64,000 bases of DNA, from NCBI GenBank assembly GCA_965224245.1, contig OZ245046.1, positions 1,376,001 to 1,440,000 on the forward strand. Reading direction: 5' to 3'. This DNA comes from Candidatus Eiseniibacteriota bacterium (GTDB lineage: Bacteria; Eisenbacteria; RBG-16-71-46; CAZAMP01). Shown one piece after another: positions 50,162 through 61,200 of this stretch; position 1 is the first letter of the stretch; each line of letters begins with the position of its first letter. Below the pieces are notes generated by a model, which made no database searches, was not told where the DNA came from, and saw nothing but the letters and a program-made list of their open reading frames with translations. The translations under genes were made by a program, and so were the position numbers.

Positions 50162-50241
50162 ACGCGTCGGGCGATGGGCGGACAACTCGGCGCTTCACGA
50201 GCTCGTTGCGAACAGCGCGCCGGTTCTCCGGATCGCCCGGG

Positions 50242-51810
50242 CTACCGGATCCCGAAGTCGTACGCGAGGTTGATCCTGACCACGTCGGCCGTGTAGTACC
50301 GGTCGACCAGGATGTAGTCGTCGTAGTTGTAGAGGTTGTACTGGACCTCGAGACGCCAATCGTCGAGGACCGTGTACTGACCTTCGAACGACCAGATCGA
50401 CTTCTCGATGTCGAGATCCTCGCTCGCATCCACGTACGTGACGCCGGTCGAGAGCCGGAGGTTCGCGATGCGCTCGATGTCGACGCGCCCCGAGACGAGG
50501 TCGGTCGCGGCCTCGAACCCCGCGACGAGATCGGTGTACTCGTCGCTCGTGTGCGTGTAGGCACCCGAGATCGCGCCCCAGCGGTCGAGCGAGTAGCGCG
50601 CCCCGGTGCGGATGGCCTCCCCCTCGGCCTCGACGCCGATGTCCGGGTAGTCCCGCTCGCGCACGTTGATGCCGCCCGACAGCGACAGGTTGTCGACCGG
50701 ACGAACCTCGAGATCGGCGCGGACCCGGGAGCTCTCGACGTCGCGGAGCAGCGTCAGCTCCTCGGTGTCGGTCTTCACCCGTCCGGAGTAGGCGCCCTTC
50801 GCCGTGACCATGCCGAAGCGCAGGGTCGCGGCGCCGATCCAGCCCTGGTAGCTCGTGAGCGACGCGTCGTCGTCGGTCGTCTCGTAGGAGTAGCCGCCGG
50901 TGACGCTGCCGTGGGCGTGGTAGAACGTCGCATCCACGCGGTTGAGGATGCGATCGGTCTGAAGGGTCGTGGACTCGTTGTCGACCTGCTGGGCGTCGAA
51001 CGTGTACGTCAGCCGGAGCGGGCTCCACGGACGCACGATGCCGGTGTAGCGAACCGTGTAGAACGTATAGTCGAGCTCGCCGTCGTCTCCCTCGACGTTG
51101 GACAGCTCGCTGATGCCGTAGGAGCCCCGGACCATGTGCGTGACCTTGTCCGTGAACATGCAGGGGCCGTAGACGCGCGCCGAGACCACGCGGCCGGTCC
51201 GGTCGGTGGTGGCGTCGAGCTCGTTCTCGAAGTCCGAGAGCCGGTAGTCGACGGCGATGCCGCGCCGCCCGCGCCGGGCCTCGGCCGCCACGCGGGTCGT
51301 CCGGTGGGCATAATCATAGCCGGTGCCGAGCACGCTCTCGGTGCCGCTGGGGAACGACAGGCGATCACCGTCACGGCTCAGATCGTCGTACGACGCCGAG
51401 AGCGTGAGCCATCGCAGGGGGGTCCAGCGTGCGTCGACGTTCCAGTCCTCGCGTTCGGAGGTGACCACTCGATCGGGATCGAAGACCTGCCGGCTCTGAT
51501 CGAAAGAGCCCTTCAGCGTGAACGCGCCGGGACGCCGCAGGAGTACGTCGCCTCGGCGGCCGTCCTGGTTGATCTGATGCAGGTTGATCGTGACGAAGTT
51601 CTGCTGATCGGGCGAGCCGTGCAGCCGGATCTGTGAGAGCGAGAAGCCGTCGTAGATGTTGAACGTCTCCTGCACGGCGGAGAGGTCGCCCTCTTCGTCC
51701 AGGATGATGCCCCCCATCTTCACCGTGCCGTTCCAGTTGCCTGCCGCGAGGGGGGAGGAGAGGCCGACGACGAGCGCGGCGACCGGCAGGACTGTCCTCT
51801 TCGTGCGCAT
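50242..51810 (-). CDS. MtrB/PioB-like outer-membrane beta-barrel
   Basis: Signal peptide; Tyr/Asp/Thr-rich alternating strands; terminal VVRINLAYDF; directly follows the decaheme cytochrome gene. Confidence 0.8.
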   Translation of the reverse strand: MRTKRTVLPVAALVVGLSSPLAAGNWNGTVKMGGIILDEEGDLSAVQETFNIYDGFSLSQIRLHGSPDQQNFVTINLHQINQDGRRGDVLLRRPGAFTLKGSFDQSRQVFDPDRVVTSEREDWNVDARWTPLRWLTLSASYDDLSRDGDRLSFPSGTESVLGTGYDYAHRTTRVAAEARRGRRGIAVDYRLSDFENELDATTDRTGRVVSARVYGPCMFTDKVTHMVRGSYGISELSNVEGDDGELDYTFYTVRYTGIVRPWSPLRLTYTFDAQQVDNESTTLQTDRILNRVDATFYHAHGSVTGGYSYETTDDDASLTSYQGWIGAATLRFGMVTAKGAYSGRVKTDTEELTLLRDVESSRVRADLEVRPVDNLSLSGGINVRERDYPDIGVEAEGEAIRTGARYSLDRWGAISGAYTHTSDEYTDLVAGFEAATDLVSGRVDIERIANLRLSTGVTYVDASEDLDIEKSIWSFEGQYTVLDDWRLEVQYNLYNYDDYILVDRYYTADVVRINLAYDFGIR

Positions 51811-51822
51811 CAGGTCACCGTC

Positions 51823-52782
51823 CTAGAAAGCATGGCAGCCACTCGCGAAGCACCCCTGACCCTGAAGCGACTCGGTCAGGAAGTGTCGCGAGACGTACGA
51901 CCCGTGAATGTCGGTGTGGCACTCGTTGCAGGCCATCCCGGCCCACCGCGTGCCGTGCCTCGTGTTCTGGTTGTGACCAGGCACCGAGTGGCACTGCGAG
52001 CAGAGCTGATAGTGAGGCGACTCGTAGGGCTGCTGGAGCATCCTCGGCAGGTTCGAGCCGTGCGGGCTGTGGCACGACAGGCAGCCCCCCTCCTCGGTCG
52101 AGTAGTCGACCGTGGCCTGATGCTCGAACGGGAACGGCCCCTGGAACTCGACGTGACAGTCCATGCAGGGCTCGTTCGTGCCGTGACGCGCCAGCTCCAC
52201 CGACGTGACGTCGAGCGTCATGTGACAGTCGGCGCACGCGACCACGTCGTCGTTGACCGGGTGTCGATAGGCCTGCGCGAACTGGGCGGCCACGTCGGTG
52301 TGGCAGTCGAGGCAGAGCGTGGTCTGGCCGCTGTGCAGGAGCCCCGCCGAATGGTTTCCGTGGACCTGGTGGCAACCCGTGCAGCTCACGTCGTTCGCGG
52401 CGTGAACGTTGCCCTCCATCATGTTCTGCTGGTGGGAGTTCATGTGGCACTGCGAGCACACGAGTGCGGTGGCCATGGGTGCCAGATGCGACGGGTCCTC
52501 CCGAGGATACTCCTCGGGATCGTCCTCGTAGTGCCGTGCGTCGCCGGCGTGACAGTCGGAGCACGCAACCCGAGCCGCGGCGTCGCCGGGCGACAGGCGG
52601 TGGGGCGACGCGTCGAGGCCCGCCGCATAGCCCTCGTGACAGTCGAGGCACACGTCGCTGACATGCTCGCCGTCGTCGGCGGATACCGAGTCGAACAGGA
52701 GCGAGAGCGACGCGGTACAGGCGAGGACGGTCACGAGCATCCCCGTACCGTACCGACTCCGTCGTTCGTGTTCTATGTTCAC
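51823..52782 (-). CDS. MtrA/DmsE-family decaheme cytochrome c
   Basis: Ten CxxCH motifs, GPFPFEH, CH.PHGS, CHTDIHGS; extra terminal CFASGCH; GGAGG before GTG 52782. Confidence 0.92.
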   Translation of the reverse strand: MNIEHERRSRYGTGMLVTVLACTASLSLLFDSVSADDGEHVSDVCLDCHEGYAAGLDASPHRLSPGDAAARVACSDCHAGDARHYEDDPEEYPREDPSHLAPMATALVCSQCHMNSHQQNMMEGNVHAANDVSCTGCHQVHGNHSAGLLHSGQTTLCLDCHTDVAAQFAQAYRHPVNDDVVACADCHMTLDVTSVELARHGTNEPCMDCHVEFQGPFPFEHQATVDYSTEEGGCLSCHSPHGSNLPRMLQQPYESPHYQLCSQCHSVPGHNQNTRHGTRWAGMACNECHTDIHGSYVSRHFLTESLQGQGCFASGCHAF

Positions 52783-52972
52783 CGGTGTGACACCTCCACA
52801 TAGGAGAACGTCGGTATGTATAGTGGCCTTCGATACGGCGTGAAACCCTTTTTTTCCGTCGCCGCTCAAATCACCTAGCGACATACGTAGTTCTACTGAT
52901 AGGTTTCCCGAACGCTGGGACATATCGTTCACGACCGTGTTCGCCGGTGCGATTCGCGTGAGGGAGGTGTCG

Positions 52973-53440
52973 ATGACAGACGACCGGGGCCAGTGGCGGC
53001 GACGGCGTTTCCTCAACTGGCTCCTGGGCGGTGCCGGAGGCGCGTTCTTCGTCTCGGTCTTCTACCCCGTCTTTCGTTTTCTAAGCCCTCCTCGCATCCC
53101 CGAAGCCACGACCAACCGCGTCGCCGCCGGCACCACCAACGACCCGGACTACCTCGACAAGCGTTACAAGATCGTTCGCTTCGGAGCCGATCCGGTGATC
53201 GTGGTGAAGCTCTCCGAGACCGACTTCCGCGCGTTCTCCGCCACGTGCACCCACCTCGATTGCATCGTGGAGTATCGGCGTGACAGGAACGTGATCTGGT
53301 GCAACTGCCACAACGGCCAGTACGACCTGAGCGGCAAGAACGTCGCGGGACCGCCGCCACGCCCGCTCGACGCGTTCACGGTCAACCTCGTCACCGAGGG
53401 GCCGGACGGACCCACCAGCGTCTTCGTCTCGAGGGTCTGA
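52973..53440 (+). CDS. Rieske [2Fe-2S] subunit
   Basis: Tat motif [26 protein letters not shown]. Confidence 0.93.
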   Translation: MTDDRGQWRRRRFLNWLLGGAGGAFFVSVFYPVFRFLSPPRIPEATTNRVAAGTTNDPDYLDKRYKIVRFGADPVIVVKLSETDFRAFSATCTHLDCIVEYRRDRNVIWCNCHNGQYDLSGKNVAGPPPRPLDAFTVNLVTEGPDGPTSVFVSRV

Positions 53441-53441
53441 C

Positions 53442-54626
53442 GTGGAGAGCGCGCGCGAGACACACCCGACACGAGCCCCCGGCCTGGGCGGCTGGCTGGA
53501 CGAGCGCCTCAAGCTGGGAAGTCTCGTGGCCTTCGCCTCGCACAAGCTCGTCCCGTCGCACCGGTTCTCGGTCTTCTACTTCCTCGGCGGGATGACGCTC
53601 TTCTTCTTCGTCGTCCAGGTCGCCACCGGCGTCCTCTTGATGCTGTACTACCGGCCGTCGGCGGAGGAGGCGTTCGAGTCGGTGGAGTTCCTGATGACGA
53701 CGGTGAACTTCGGCTGGCTCATCCGGTCGATTCACTCGTGGTCGGCCAACCTCATGGTGTTCTTCGCGTTCGTCCATCTGGCCACGGTGTTCTTCGTGAA
53801 GGCGTACCGGCCGCCGCGCGAGCTGACGTGGATCACCGGGTGTCTCCTCCTGTTCCTGTCGATGGCGTTCGGGTTCTCCGGGTACCTCTTGCCCTGGAAC
53901 CAGCTGGCGTTCTTCGCCACGAAGGTGGGGACCGACATCGCCGGAGCGGTGCCCGTCATCGGCGACTGGCTCCTCCGCTTCCTGCGCGGCGGAGATCACG
54001 TGGCGGGCGGTACGCTCTCGCGGTTCTACGGCTGGCACGTCGCGATCCTGCCCGCCATCACGGCCGTGGTGGTCTTCCTGCACATCCTGCTCGTTCAGCT
54101 CCTCGGCATGAGCGTGCCGCCCAGCGAGGAGAGCCGCGCCCGGCGACGCAAGCCGATGAAGTTCTTCCCGGACTTTGCGCTGCGCGATCTGTTCGGGTGG
54201 GTGCTCGCGCTCGGCGTCCTGGCCGCCCTGGCCGCGCTCTTCCCGTGGGAGCTCGGCGAGAAGGCCGATCCGTTCGCGCCTGCCTACGCGGACATCAAGC
54301 CCGAGTGGTACTTCATGTTCATGTTCCAGACGCTGAAGCTCGTGCCCGGTGGCGAGATCGCCGGGATCGAGTACGAGGCCCTCGCCATCCTCGCGTTCGG
54401 CGCGATGGCCCTCGTCACGGTCTTGATCCCGTTCCTGGACCGGAGCGTTCGCCGTCGAGGACTGAGCCGCTTCTTCACGGTCATCGGGTCGCTGACGCTG
54501 GTGTTCATCGTCGCGATGACGACGTGGGGCTATCACTCGCTCGTTCCGATCTGGATCGTCATCGGGACGGCCGTGGTCCTGCTGGTGCTGGGCTACGCCA
54601 CCCGAGTCACGAAGACGCAGCCATGA
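53442..54626 (+). CDS. Cytochrome b of a Rieske/b complex (unsplit)
   Basis: [16 protein letters not shown], four His ligands, PEWY. Confidence 0.93.
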   Translation: MESARETHPTRAPGLGGWLDERLKLGSLVAFASHKLVPSHRFSVFYFLGGMTLFFFVVQVATGVLLMLYYRPSAEEAFESVEFLMTTVNFGWLIRSIHSWSANLMVFFAFVHLATVFFVKAYRPPRELTWITGCLLLFLSMAFGFSGYLLPWNQLAFFATKVGTDIAGAVPVIGDWLLRFLRGGDHVAGGTLSRFYGWHVAILPAITAVVVFLHILLVQLLGMSVPPSEESRARRRKPMKFFPDFALRDLFGWVLALGVLAALAALFPWELGEKADPFAPAYADIKPEWYFMFMFQTLKLVPGGEIAGIEYEALAILAFGAMALVTVLIPFLDRSVRRRGLSRFFTVIGSLTLVFIVAMTTWGYHSLVPIWIVIGTAVVLLVLGYATRVTKTQP

Positions 54627-56350
54627 CGAGATTCACGCGCACATCGACGTCGCTTCTCCTCGCCCTCGGCATGGGCGCGAGCGCGGCGACCGGCGCCGTC
54701 GACACGTCCTGCGTGCGGTGCCACGGAGATCCCGACCTCTTCGAGGGTGACGACCTGGCGGTCGTCCACGACGTCGAGACCAGCGTGCACGGGGCGGCCG
54801 GGCTCTCGTGTCACGACTGTCACGGGGGCAACCCCGACGTCGCGGTGGCCGAGGACGCCGACGCGGCCATGGATCCCGGCTTCGCGCCGAATCCCTACGT
54901 CGGGCCACCCGCCCGGGCGGACGTCCCGTCGTTCTGCGGTCGGTGTCACTCGGATCCGGCGTACATGAAGCGCTTTCGTCCCGACTTCCGGGTGGACCAG
55001 GAGGCCGAGTACCGGACCAGCCATCACGGTGTGGCGCTCGCGGCGGGGGACACGCGCGTGGCGACGTGCGTGAGCTGCCACGGCACGCACGACATCCTCC
55101 CGGTGAAGGACTCCGCGTCACCGGTATACCCCACGCGCGTGGCCGAGACGTGCCGCGGCTGCCACGGCGACGCGGAGACGATGGCCGGGTACCGGCGCGA
55201 TGACGGGACGCCGCTGCCCGTGGACCAGTACGAGCGCTGGACGAGCAGCGTCCACGGTGCGGCCATGCTGGTGCGCGGGGATGTGTCGGCGCCCACGTGC
55301 AACGACTGTCACGGCAATCACGGCGCGGCGCCCCCGGGGCTCGAGTCGGTGGCGCTGGTATGTGGGCAGTGTCACGGTCGTGAGGCCGATCTGTTCCGGG
55401 AGAGCCCCAAGCGCGCGGGCTTCGAGGCTCACAACGAGTACCTCGCCGACGCCGAGGACGGCTGTCGCGACTGTCACGAGGCCCCGGAGCCGGCGGTCAC
55501 GATGTCCCTCCGACACTTCAGCGAGTGCGCCACCTGTCACGACAACCACGCGGTGCTCCGTCCCACGGTGGCGATGCTCGGCGCGCTTCCGGCCACGCCC
55601 TGCGCGTTCTGCCACGAGGGTGACGACCCGCCGGCCGGCGCGGCCTCCGAGCCCGAGCGGATCCGCGCCCACTACCGCGACGAGCTGGGGCGGCTCATGG
55701 CCGAGGCGGAGGCCAGCGGGGAGGGCCTCGAGGGCGAGCTGCTCTTCGACTGGCTGGTGGATCGTGCGCTGGAGCTTCCCGCGCACACCACGGCCAGCGC
55801 GGACCGGGACACGGGCTCGCATCTCCGGCCCGAGTTCGCCAAGCTCTTCTCCAAGTTCCGGATCGGCAAGACGCACCACGTGATCGGCGACGCGGAGTCG
55901 GGGCGAACCTCCCTCGTCCGGGTCGTGCAGTGCACCGACTGTCACGCCGCCCCGGACGTCGCGTCCGTCGATCCGGTCGGACACGAGACCGCCGCGAGCT
56001 TCCTGGCCCGCATGCACGATCTGACCTCGCAGATCGCGCGCACCGAGCGAACCCTGCTCGCGGCGCGACGCGGCGGAGTCGAGGTCGGCGAGGGGTCGCT
56101 GGAGCTCGACCGGGCGGTCGGCGTTCAGGTGGAGCTGGAGGCCCTCGTGCACACGTTCGACGCCGACACGTCGGCGGCGTTCGTGCACAAGCAGGCCGAA
56201 GGGCTCGAGCACACCGAATCCGCGCTCGTGATCGCCCAGGCCGGCCTCCGGGAGCTCTCCAACCGGCGTCGCGGCCTCACGATCGCGCTCGGCGTGATCG
56301 TGCTGCTCCTGATCGGCCTGGGGCTCAAGATCCGGTGGGCCGAGACGTAG
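54623..56350 (+). CDS. 11-heme cytochrome c with C-terminal membrane anchor
   Basis: Signal peptide; 11 CxxCH motifs counted; terminal [23 protein letters not shown]. Confidence 0.9.
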   Translation: MTRFTRTSTSLLLALGMGASAATGAVDTSCVRCHGDPDLFEGDDLAVVHDVETSVHGAAGLSCHDCHGGNPDVAVAEDADAAMDPGFAPNPYVGPPARADVPSFCGRCHSDPAYMKRFRPDFRVDQEAEYRTSHHGVALAAGDTRVATCVSCHGTHDILPVKDSASPVYPTRVAETCRGCHGDAETMAGYRRDDGTPLPVDQYERWTSSVHGAAMLVRGDVSAPTCNDCHGNHGAAPPGLESVALVCGQCHGREADLFRESPKRAGFEAHNEYLADAEDGCRDCHEAPEPAVTMSLRHFSECATCHDNHAVLRPTVAMLGALPATPCAFCHEGDDPPAGAASEPERIRAHYRDELGRLMAEAEASGEGLEGELLFDWLVDRALELPAHTTASADRDTGSHLRPEFAKLFSKFRIGKTHHVIGDAESGRTSLVRVVQCTDCHAAPDVASVDPVGHETAASFLARMHDLTSQIARTERTLLAARRGGVEVGEGSLELDRAVGVQVELEALVHTFDADTSAAFVHKQAEGLEHTESALVIAQAGLRELSNRRRGLTIALGVIVLLLIGLGLKIRWAET

Positions 56351-56370
56351 CCGGTTCGCAGGCCTGGCCC

Positions 56371-57987
56371 GTGCCCGGCCTCGCGCTCGCCGGGCGGCCA
56401 CTCGCCGCGATGGCGGCGACCGCGGCGTCGCTCGCGTGGAGCCCGATCGACGGCGCGCACGCCCAGTGCCTGCTCGCGAACCCGAGCTTCGAGGTTCCCG
56501 GTAGCGGGGGCGAGCTCTTCGCCGGCTGGCGCCACTTCGGCCGGGTCGCCGCGCACGACGAGGCCCCGCACGGGGCCGCCGCGGCCCGGATGTCGGGACC
56601 GGACACCGGCGCGTGGGCGGTCTCGGCCTGCTGGCAGCGTCTGGACGCGACCCCCGGCGAGGTGTGGACGGCGAGCGCCTGTGCCTGGCACGGAGCCGGT
56701 GCGCCGCTGGGCGGTGAGTCGCGCGCGATCCTGAACGTCGAGTGGCGGGACGCATCCGGAGCGCTGATCGACTACGAATCCCACGCCGTGCTCGACGCCG
56801 CCACCCCGGTGGAGCGGCTCGTGACCGTCGTCGTCCAGAGCTCGCCGGCGCCGCCGGGGACCGAGTCCGTCCACGTGCTACTCGGGATTCTCCAGGGACC
56901 GGACGACCCGGCGGCCGACGTCTTCTTCGACCTCGCGCGCTTCGACAGCCAGGGGCCGCCCGGGTTCGACGAGCTCCAGTGGCTCGACTTTCCGGGCGGA
57001 CGGACGCTGGATTTCAGCGGGCGATCCTGGCGCGTCAAGGGGCCGGGCGTCTACCACCCCGGTCCCGACGTGTACTGCGACGCGGCGAGCTGCGTCTGGG
57101 TCGATGCCGGCGGCCGCCTGCACCTGACGATCGACGATGTCGACGGGGAGTGGGCCAGCACGGAGATCGCCGCGACCGAGCCGCTCGGCTACGGCGACTA
57201 CGTCTTCACGACCGTTGGGCGCCTCGACGCTCTCGAACCCAGCGTCGTCCTGGGGATGTTCCTCTGGCAGTACGGGCCATGCTACGACCCGGCCGACGGC
57301 TGGTGGAATCCGTACGACGAGATCGACGTCGAGTTCGCACGGTGGGGAGATCCGGCTGCCGAGATCGGCCAGTTCGTCGTGCAGCCGTACGACGCCCCCG
57401 GCAACCTGAGCCGCTTCGATGCCGCGTTCTCCGAGGGCGAGCGGACGAGTCACGCGTTCCGGTGGCGGCCCGATCGCGTCGAGTTCCGGAGCTGGCGTGG
57501 AGGTCCTGCCGACGAGGCGCCGGAGACGACGATCCACACCTGGACGTACTCCGGCATCCATCTTCCGAGGCCCGAGGAGCCGCGCGTGCACGTGAACCTG
57601 TGGCAGCTCGGGGGACCGCCGGCACGCGCGCACGAGATCGTGCTCGAGTCGTTCGCGTTCGTGGCGTGGGAGGATGACGAGGAGCTCGGCGCGGGGGTCG
57701 TGTCGGAGCCCGGCCGCGATCCCGTGATCGCCGCGCCGACGCCGTTTCGACGCGGGACGACGATCCGCTTCCGGCCCCGTCGTGGCGGCGATGCGCAGGT
57801 CGACGTCCACGACGCGGGGGGACGCCGGGTTCGCTCGATCCATCTTCGGGTGCGCCGCGGCGAGACCGTCTCCGCGCTCTGGGATGGACGGGACGACGCC
57901 GGACGCCGCTCGGCTCCCGGGGTCTATCTCGTCCGGATCCGCATCGGCGAGACCCTCTCGACGGGCAGGACGGTCCTCCTGGAGTAG
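56371..57987 (+). CDS. Secreted GH16-like glycoside hydrolase with N-terminal CBM-like domain and C-terminal FlgD-like domain
   Basis: LANPSFE, DEIDVEF (ExDxE), WDGRDD..PGVY; start uncertain. Confidence 0.75.
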   Translation: MPGLALAGRPLAAMAATAASLAWSPIDGAHAQCLLANPSFEVPGSGGELFAGWRHFGRVAAHDEAPHGAAAARMSGPDTGAWAVSACWQRLDATPGEVWTASACAWHGAGAPLGGESRAILNVEWRDASGALIDYESHAVLDAATPVERLVTVVVQSSPAPPGTESVHVLLGILQGPDDPAADVFFDLARFDSQGPPGFDELQWLDFPGGRTLDFSGRSWRVKGPGVYHPGPDVYCDAASCVWVDAGGRLHLTIDDVDGEWASTEIAATEPLGYGDYVFTTVGRLDALEPSVVLGMFLWQYGPCYDPADGWWNPYDEIDVEFARWGDPAAEIGQFVVQPYDAPGNLSRFDAAFSEGERTSHAFRWRPDRVEFRSWRGGPADEAPETTIHTWTYSGIHLPRPEEPRVHVNLWQLGGPPARAHEIVLESFAFVAWEDDEELGAGVVSEPGRDPVIAAPTPFRRGTTIRFRPRRGGDAQVDVHDAGGRRVRSIHLRVRRGETVSALWDGRDDAGRRSAPGVYLVRIRIGETLSTGRTVLLE

Positions 57988-58203
57988 TTTCGAAGATACA
58001 CCCAGACAACGGTTTACAGCGTGAGCGGTCTGCGCGACAATCCAGGTCGGTCGCGTCCCGGTCGTACCGCTCCGGTCGTTTCGGCGGCGCCTGGCTCGAC
58101 ACCTTCATCGACCGGCGGACATCCACGCCATGAGCGCTTCCATCCGACATCGACTGTGCGTCGGTCGTCCGACGGCCTCCAACCCGCGCGTGGGGATCCG
58201 GAC

Positions 58204-61200
58204 GTGACGAGCGGACCGACCACACCGACCGGCGACCTCGTGTCGATCGACGGCGAGACGTACTACCGGATCTCGTCGAGCCAGAACCTGGCGCCGTTCT
58301 TCATGACCATCCCGAGCAACACCGACCTGTGGATGTTCATCACGTCGCGGGGCGGTCTCACCGCGGGCCGTGTCGATGCGGATCGAAGTCTGTTTCCCTA
58401 CCAGACCGTCGACCTGCTGCACGACGCGCACCGTCATACCGGGCCGATCACGCTCATCCGCGTGTCCATTCCCGGCGAGCGCGACACGGTGTGGGAGCCG
58501 TTCGCCGACGTGGCGCCACGGAGTGCGCCGGTTCATCGGTGTCTCTACAAGAACGTCGTCGGCAACCGGGTCCTCTTCGAGGAGACGCGCCCGGACCTCG
58601 GCCTGACGTTCAGATACCGATGGTCGGCGTGTGACGCGTTCGGGTTCGTCCGGACGGCGAGCCTCCGTGCCCACGGTCCGGATGCCGCCAGCGGCACGCT
58701 CGTCGACGGCGTTCGCAACGTGCTCCCGTACGGGGTTCCGCTTGCGCTCCAGCAGCGAGCCAGCTGTCTCGTCGACGCGTACAAGCGAACCGACCGCATT
58801 GAGGATCTGCCGCTGGCGGTGTTCTCGCTCACGGCGGAGATTCTCGACCGCGCGGAGGCGGCCGAGCAGCTCCGGGCGAACGTCGCCTGGTGCCACGGGC
58901 TGGGCACGCCGGCGGTGAGCCTGTCCGCCCGATCGCTCGAGTCGTTTCGAGCCGGCGCGGCGGCGGCACGCGAGCGGGTGCTGACCGGGCAGCGAGGGGG
59001 CTTCTTCGTCGAGACGCCGTTCGCGCTGGCCTCCGGCGAGCACCTCGAATGGGACCTCGTGCTGGACGTCGGTCTCGGCCACGTCCGGCTGGTGGAGCTC
59101 ATCGGCTTGATCCGGGAATCGACGGATCTCGACCGACGAGTTCGCAGCGCGCTCGATCACGCGCGGGACGACCTCGTGCGCATCGTGGCCAGTGCGGACG
59201 CCCTTCAGTGCACCGGTCACCCCGTGACGGACGCGCACCACGTGGCCAACGTCCTCTACAACACGATGCGTGGCGGTGTGTTCGCATCCGATCACGACGT
59301 GCCGGTCGACGACTTCGGTGACTTCCTGTCCACGCGCAACCGGCGCGTGAGGGCGCGCTCGGCGGAGTTCCTGCGGACACTCCCGCGGACGCTGTCGATC
59401 GAGGAGCTGCGCCGCGTCGCGACCCGGGCACACGATCCGGATCTGGAACGGCTCGCGTTCGAGTACCTGCCGATCGGGTTCGGCCGCCGCCACGGGGACC
59501 CGAGTCGACCCTGGAACCGCTTCGCGATTCAGGTCAAGAACTCCGACGGGAGCCCCGTCCTGTACTACGAGGGAAACTGGCGCGACATCTTCCAGAACTG
59601 GGAGGCGCTCGCGCTCAGCTTCCCCGACTTCCTGCCGAACCTGATCGCCACGTTCGTGAACGCATCGACGCTCGACGGCTTCAACCCCTACCGCCTCACG
59701 CGCGACGGCATCGAGTGGGAGATCCCCGACCCGGATGATCCCTGGAGCTACATCGGATACTGGGGCGACCACCAGATCGTCTATCTCCTCCGGCTCCTGG
59801 AGGCGCTCGGGCGGACCTCGCCGGCGACGCTCCGGCGGCTGCTCGATCGCCGGATCTTCGCCTACGCGGACGTGCCGTACCGTCTCCGGCCCTACGCGGA
59901 CATCCTGCGCGATCCCCACGCAACGATCGACTACGACCACGACCGTGCGGCTCGCGTCGACACGCGGGTGGCCGCCGTCGGCTCCGACGGGAAGCTCGTG
60001 ACGGGGACCGACGGATCGGTGTCGCTCGTGACGTTGCTGGAGAAGCTCCTCGTCCCCGCGCTCTCGAAGCTCTCCAATCTCGTGCCGGACGGTGGCATCT
60101 GGATGAACACGCAGCGACCGGAGTGGAACGACGCGAACAACGCGCTGGTCGGCAACGGGCTGTCGATGGTCACGCTGTTTCATCTCCGGCGATACCTGGT
60201 TTTCCTCGATGACCTGCTGGCGGACGACACGCGACCCGACCCGACGCCGTGGAGGATCTCCGCGGAGGTGGCGGAATGGATGGCGGACGTGGGTGCCGCG
60301 ATCTCGGAGTGCCGCCGGGCGCTCGACCGCGACGACGTCCACGACGCCCCGGAAACCGCCGACGTCCGCGACGCCGATCGGCTCCGGACGCTCGACGCGC
60401 TCGGGGAGGCATTCTCGCGGTATCGAGAGCGTGTCTACGTCGACGGGCTCTCGGCTCCCGTGGATGTCACGGATGCCACGATCAGGACCGTCGTCCGGGA
60501 CGCGATCGCCGTCATCGATCACGCGATCGCCGCCAGTAGAAGACCCGACGGACTCCATCACACGTACAACCTGCTGTCGATCTCGACCGATGACGAGACC
60601 GCGAGCGTCCGTCATCTGTACGAGATGCTGGAAGGGCAGGTCGCGGCGCTGAGCTCCGGGGCGCTCGGCGTCCGCGAGTGCGTGGAGCTCGCCAAACGAA
60701 TGGTCACGAGTCGCCTCTACCGGCCCGATCAGAGGAGCTTTCTTCTGTACCCCGAGCGTGAGCTTCCCGGCTTCCTGGACCGCAACGCGGTCTCGGCGGC
60801 TCGCGTGGAGGCGATCGGGCTTCTCAGCGCGCTCGAGGCCGCGGGCGACGTCTCGCTGATCGAGCGGGACGGACTCGGCACCCATCGGTTCCACCCCGAC
60901 CTGTCGAACGCTCGTGACGTGTCGTCCGTGCTCGATCGACTCGCCCGTTCCGATCTCTGGCGTGACGGTGTGACGCGGGATCGTGCCCGCGTGTTGGCGC
61001 TCTTCGAGGACGTCTTCGCGCACCGCGAGTTCACCGGGCGCTCGGGAACCATGTACGGCTACGAGGGTCTGGGCTGCATCTACTGGCACATGGTCGCGAA
61101 GCTCCTGCTCGCCATCCAGGAGGTCGTGCATCGCGCCATCGCGGACGGGGAGCCGGACGACGTCGTGAACGACGCGATCGCGACGTATCACCGCGTCCGC

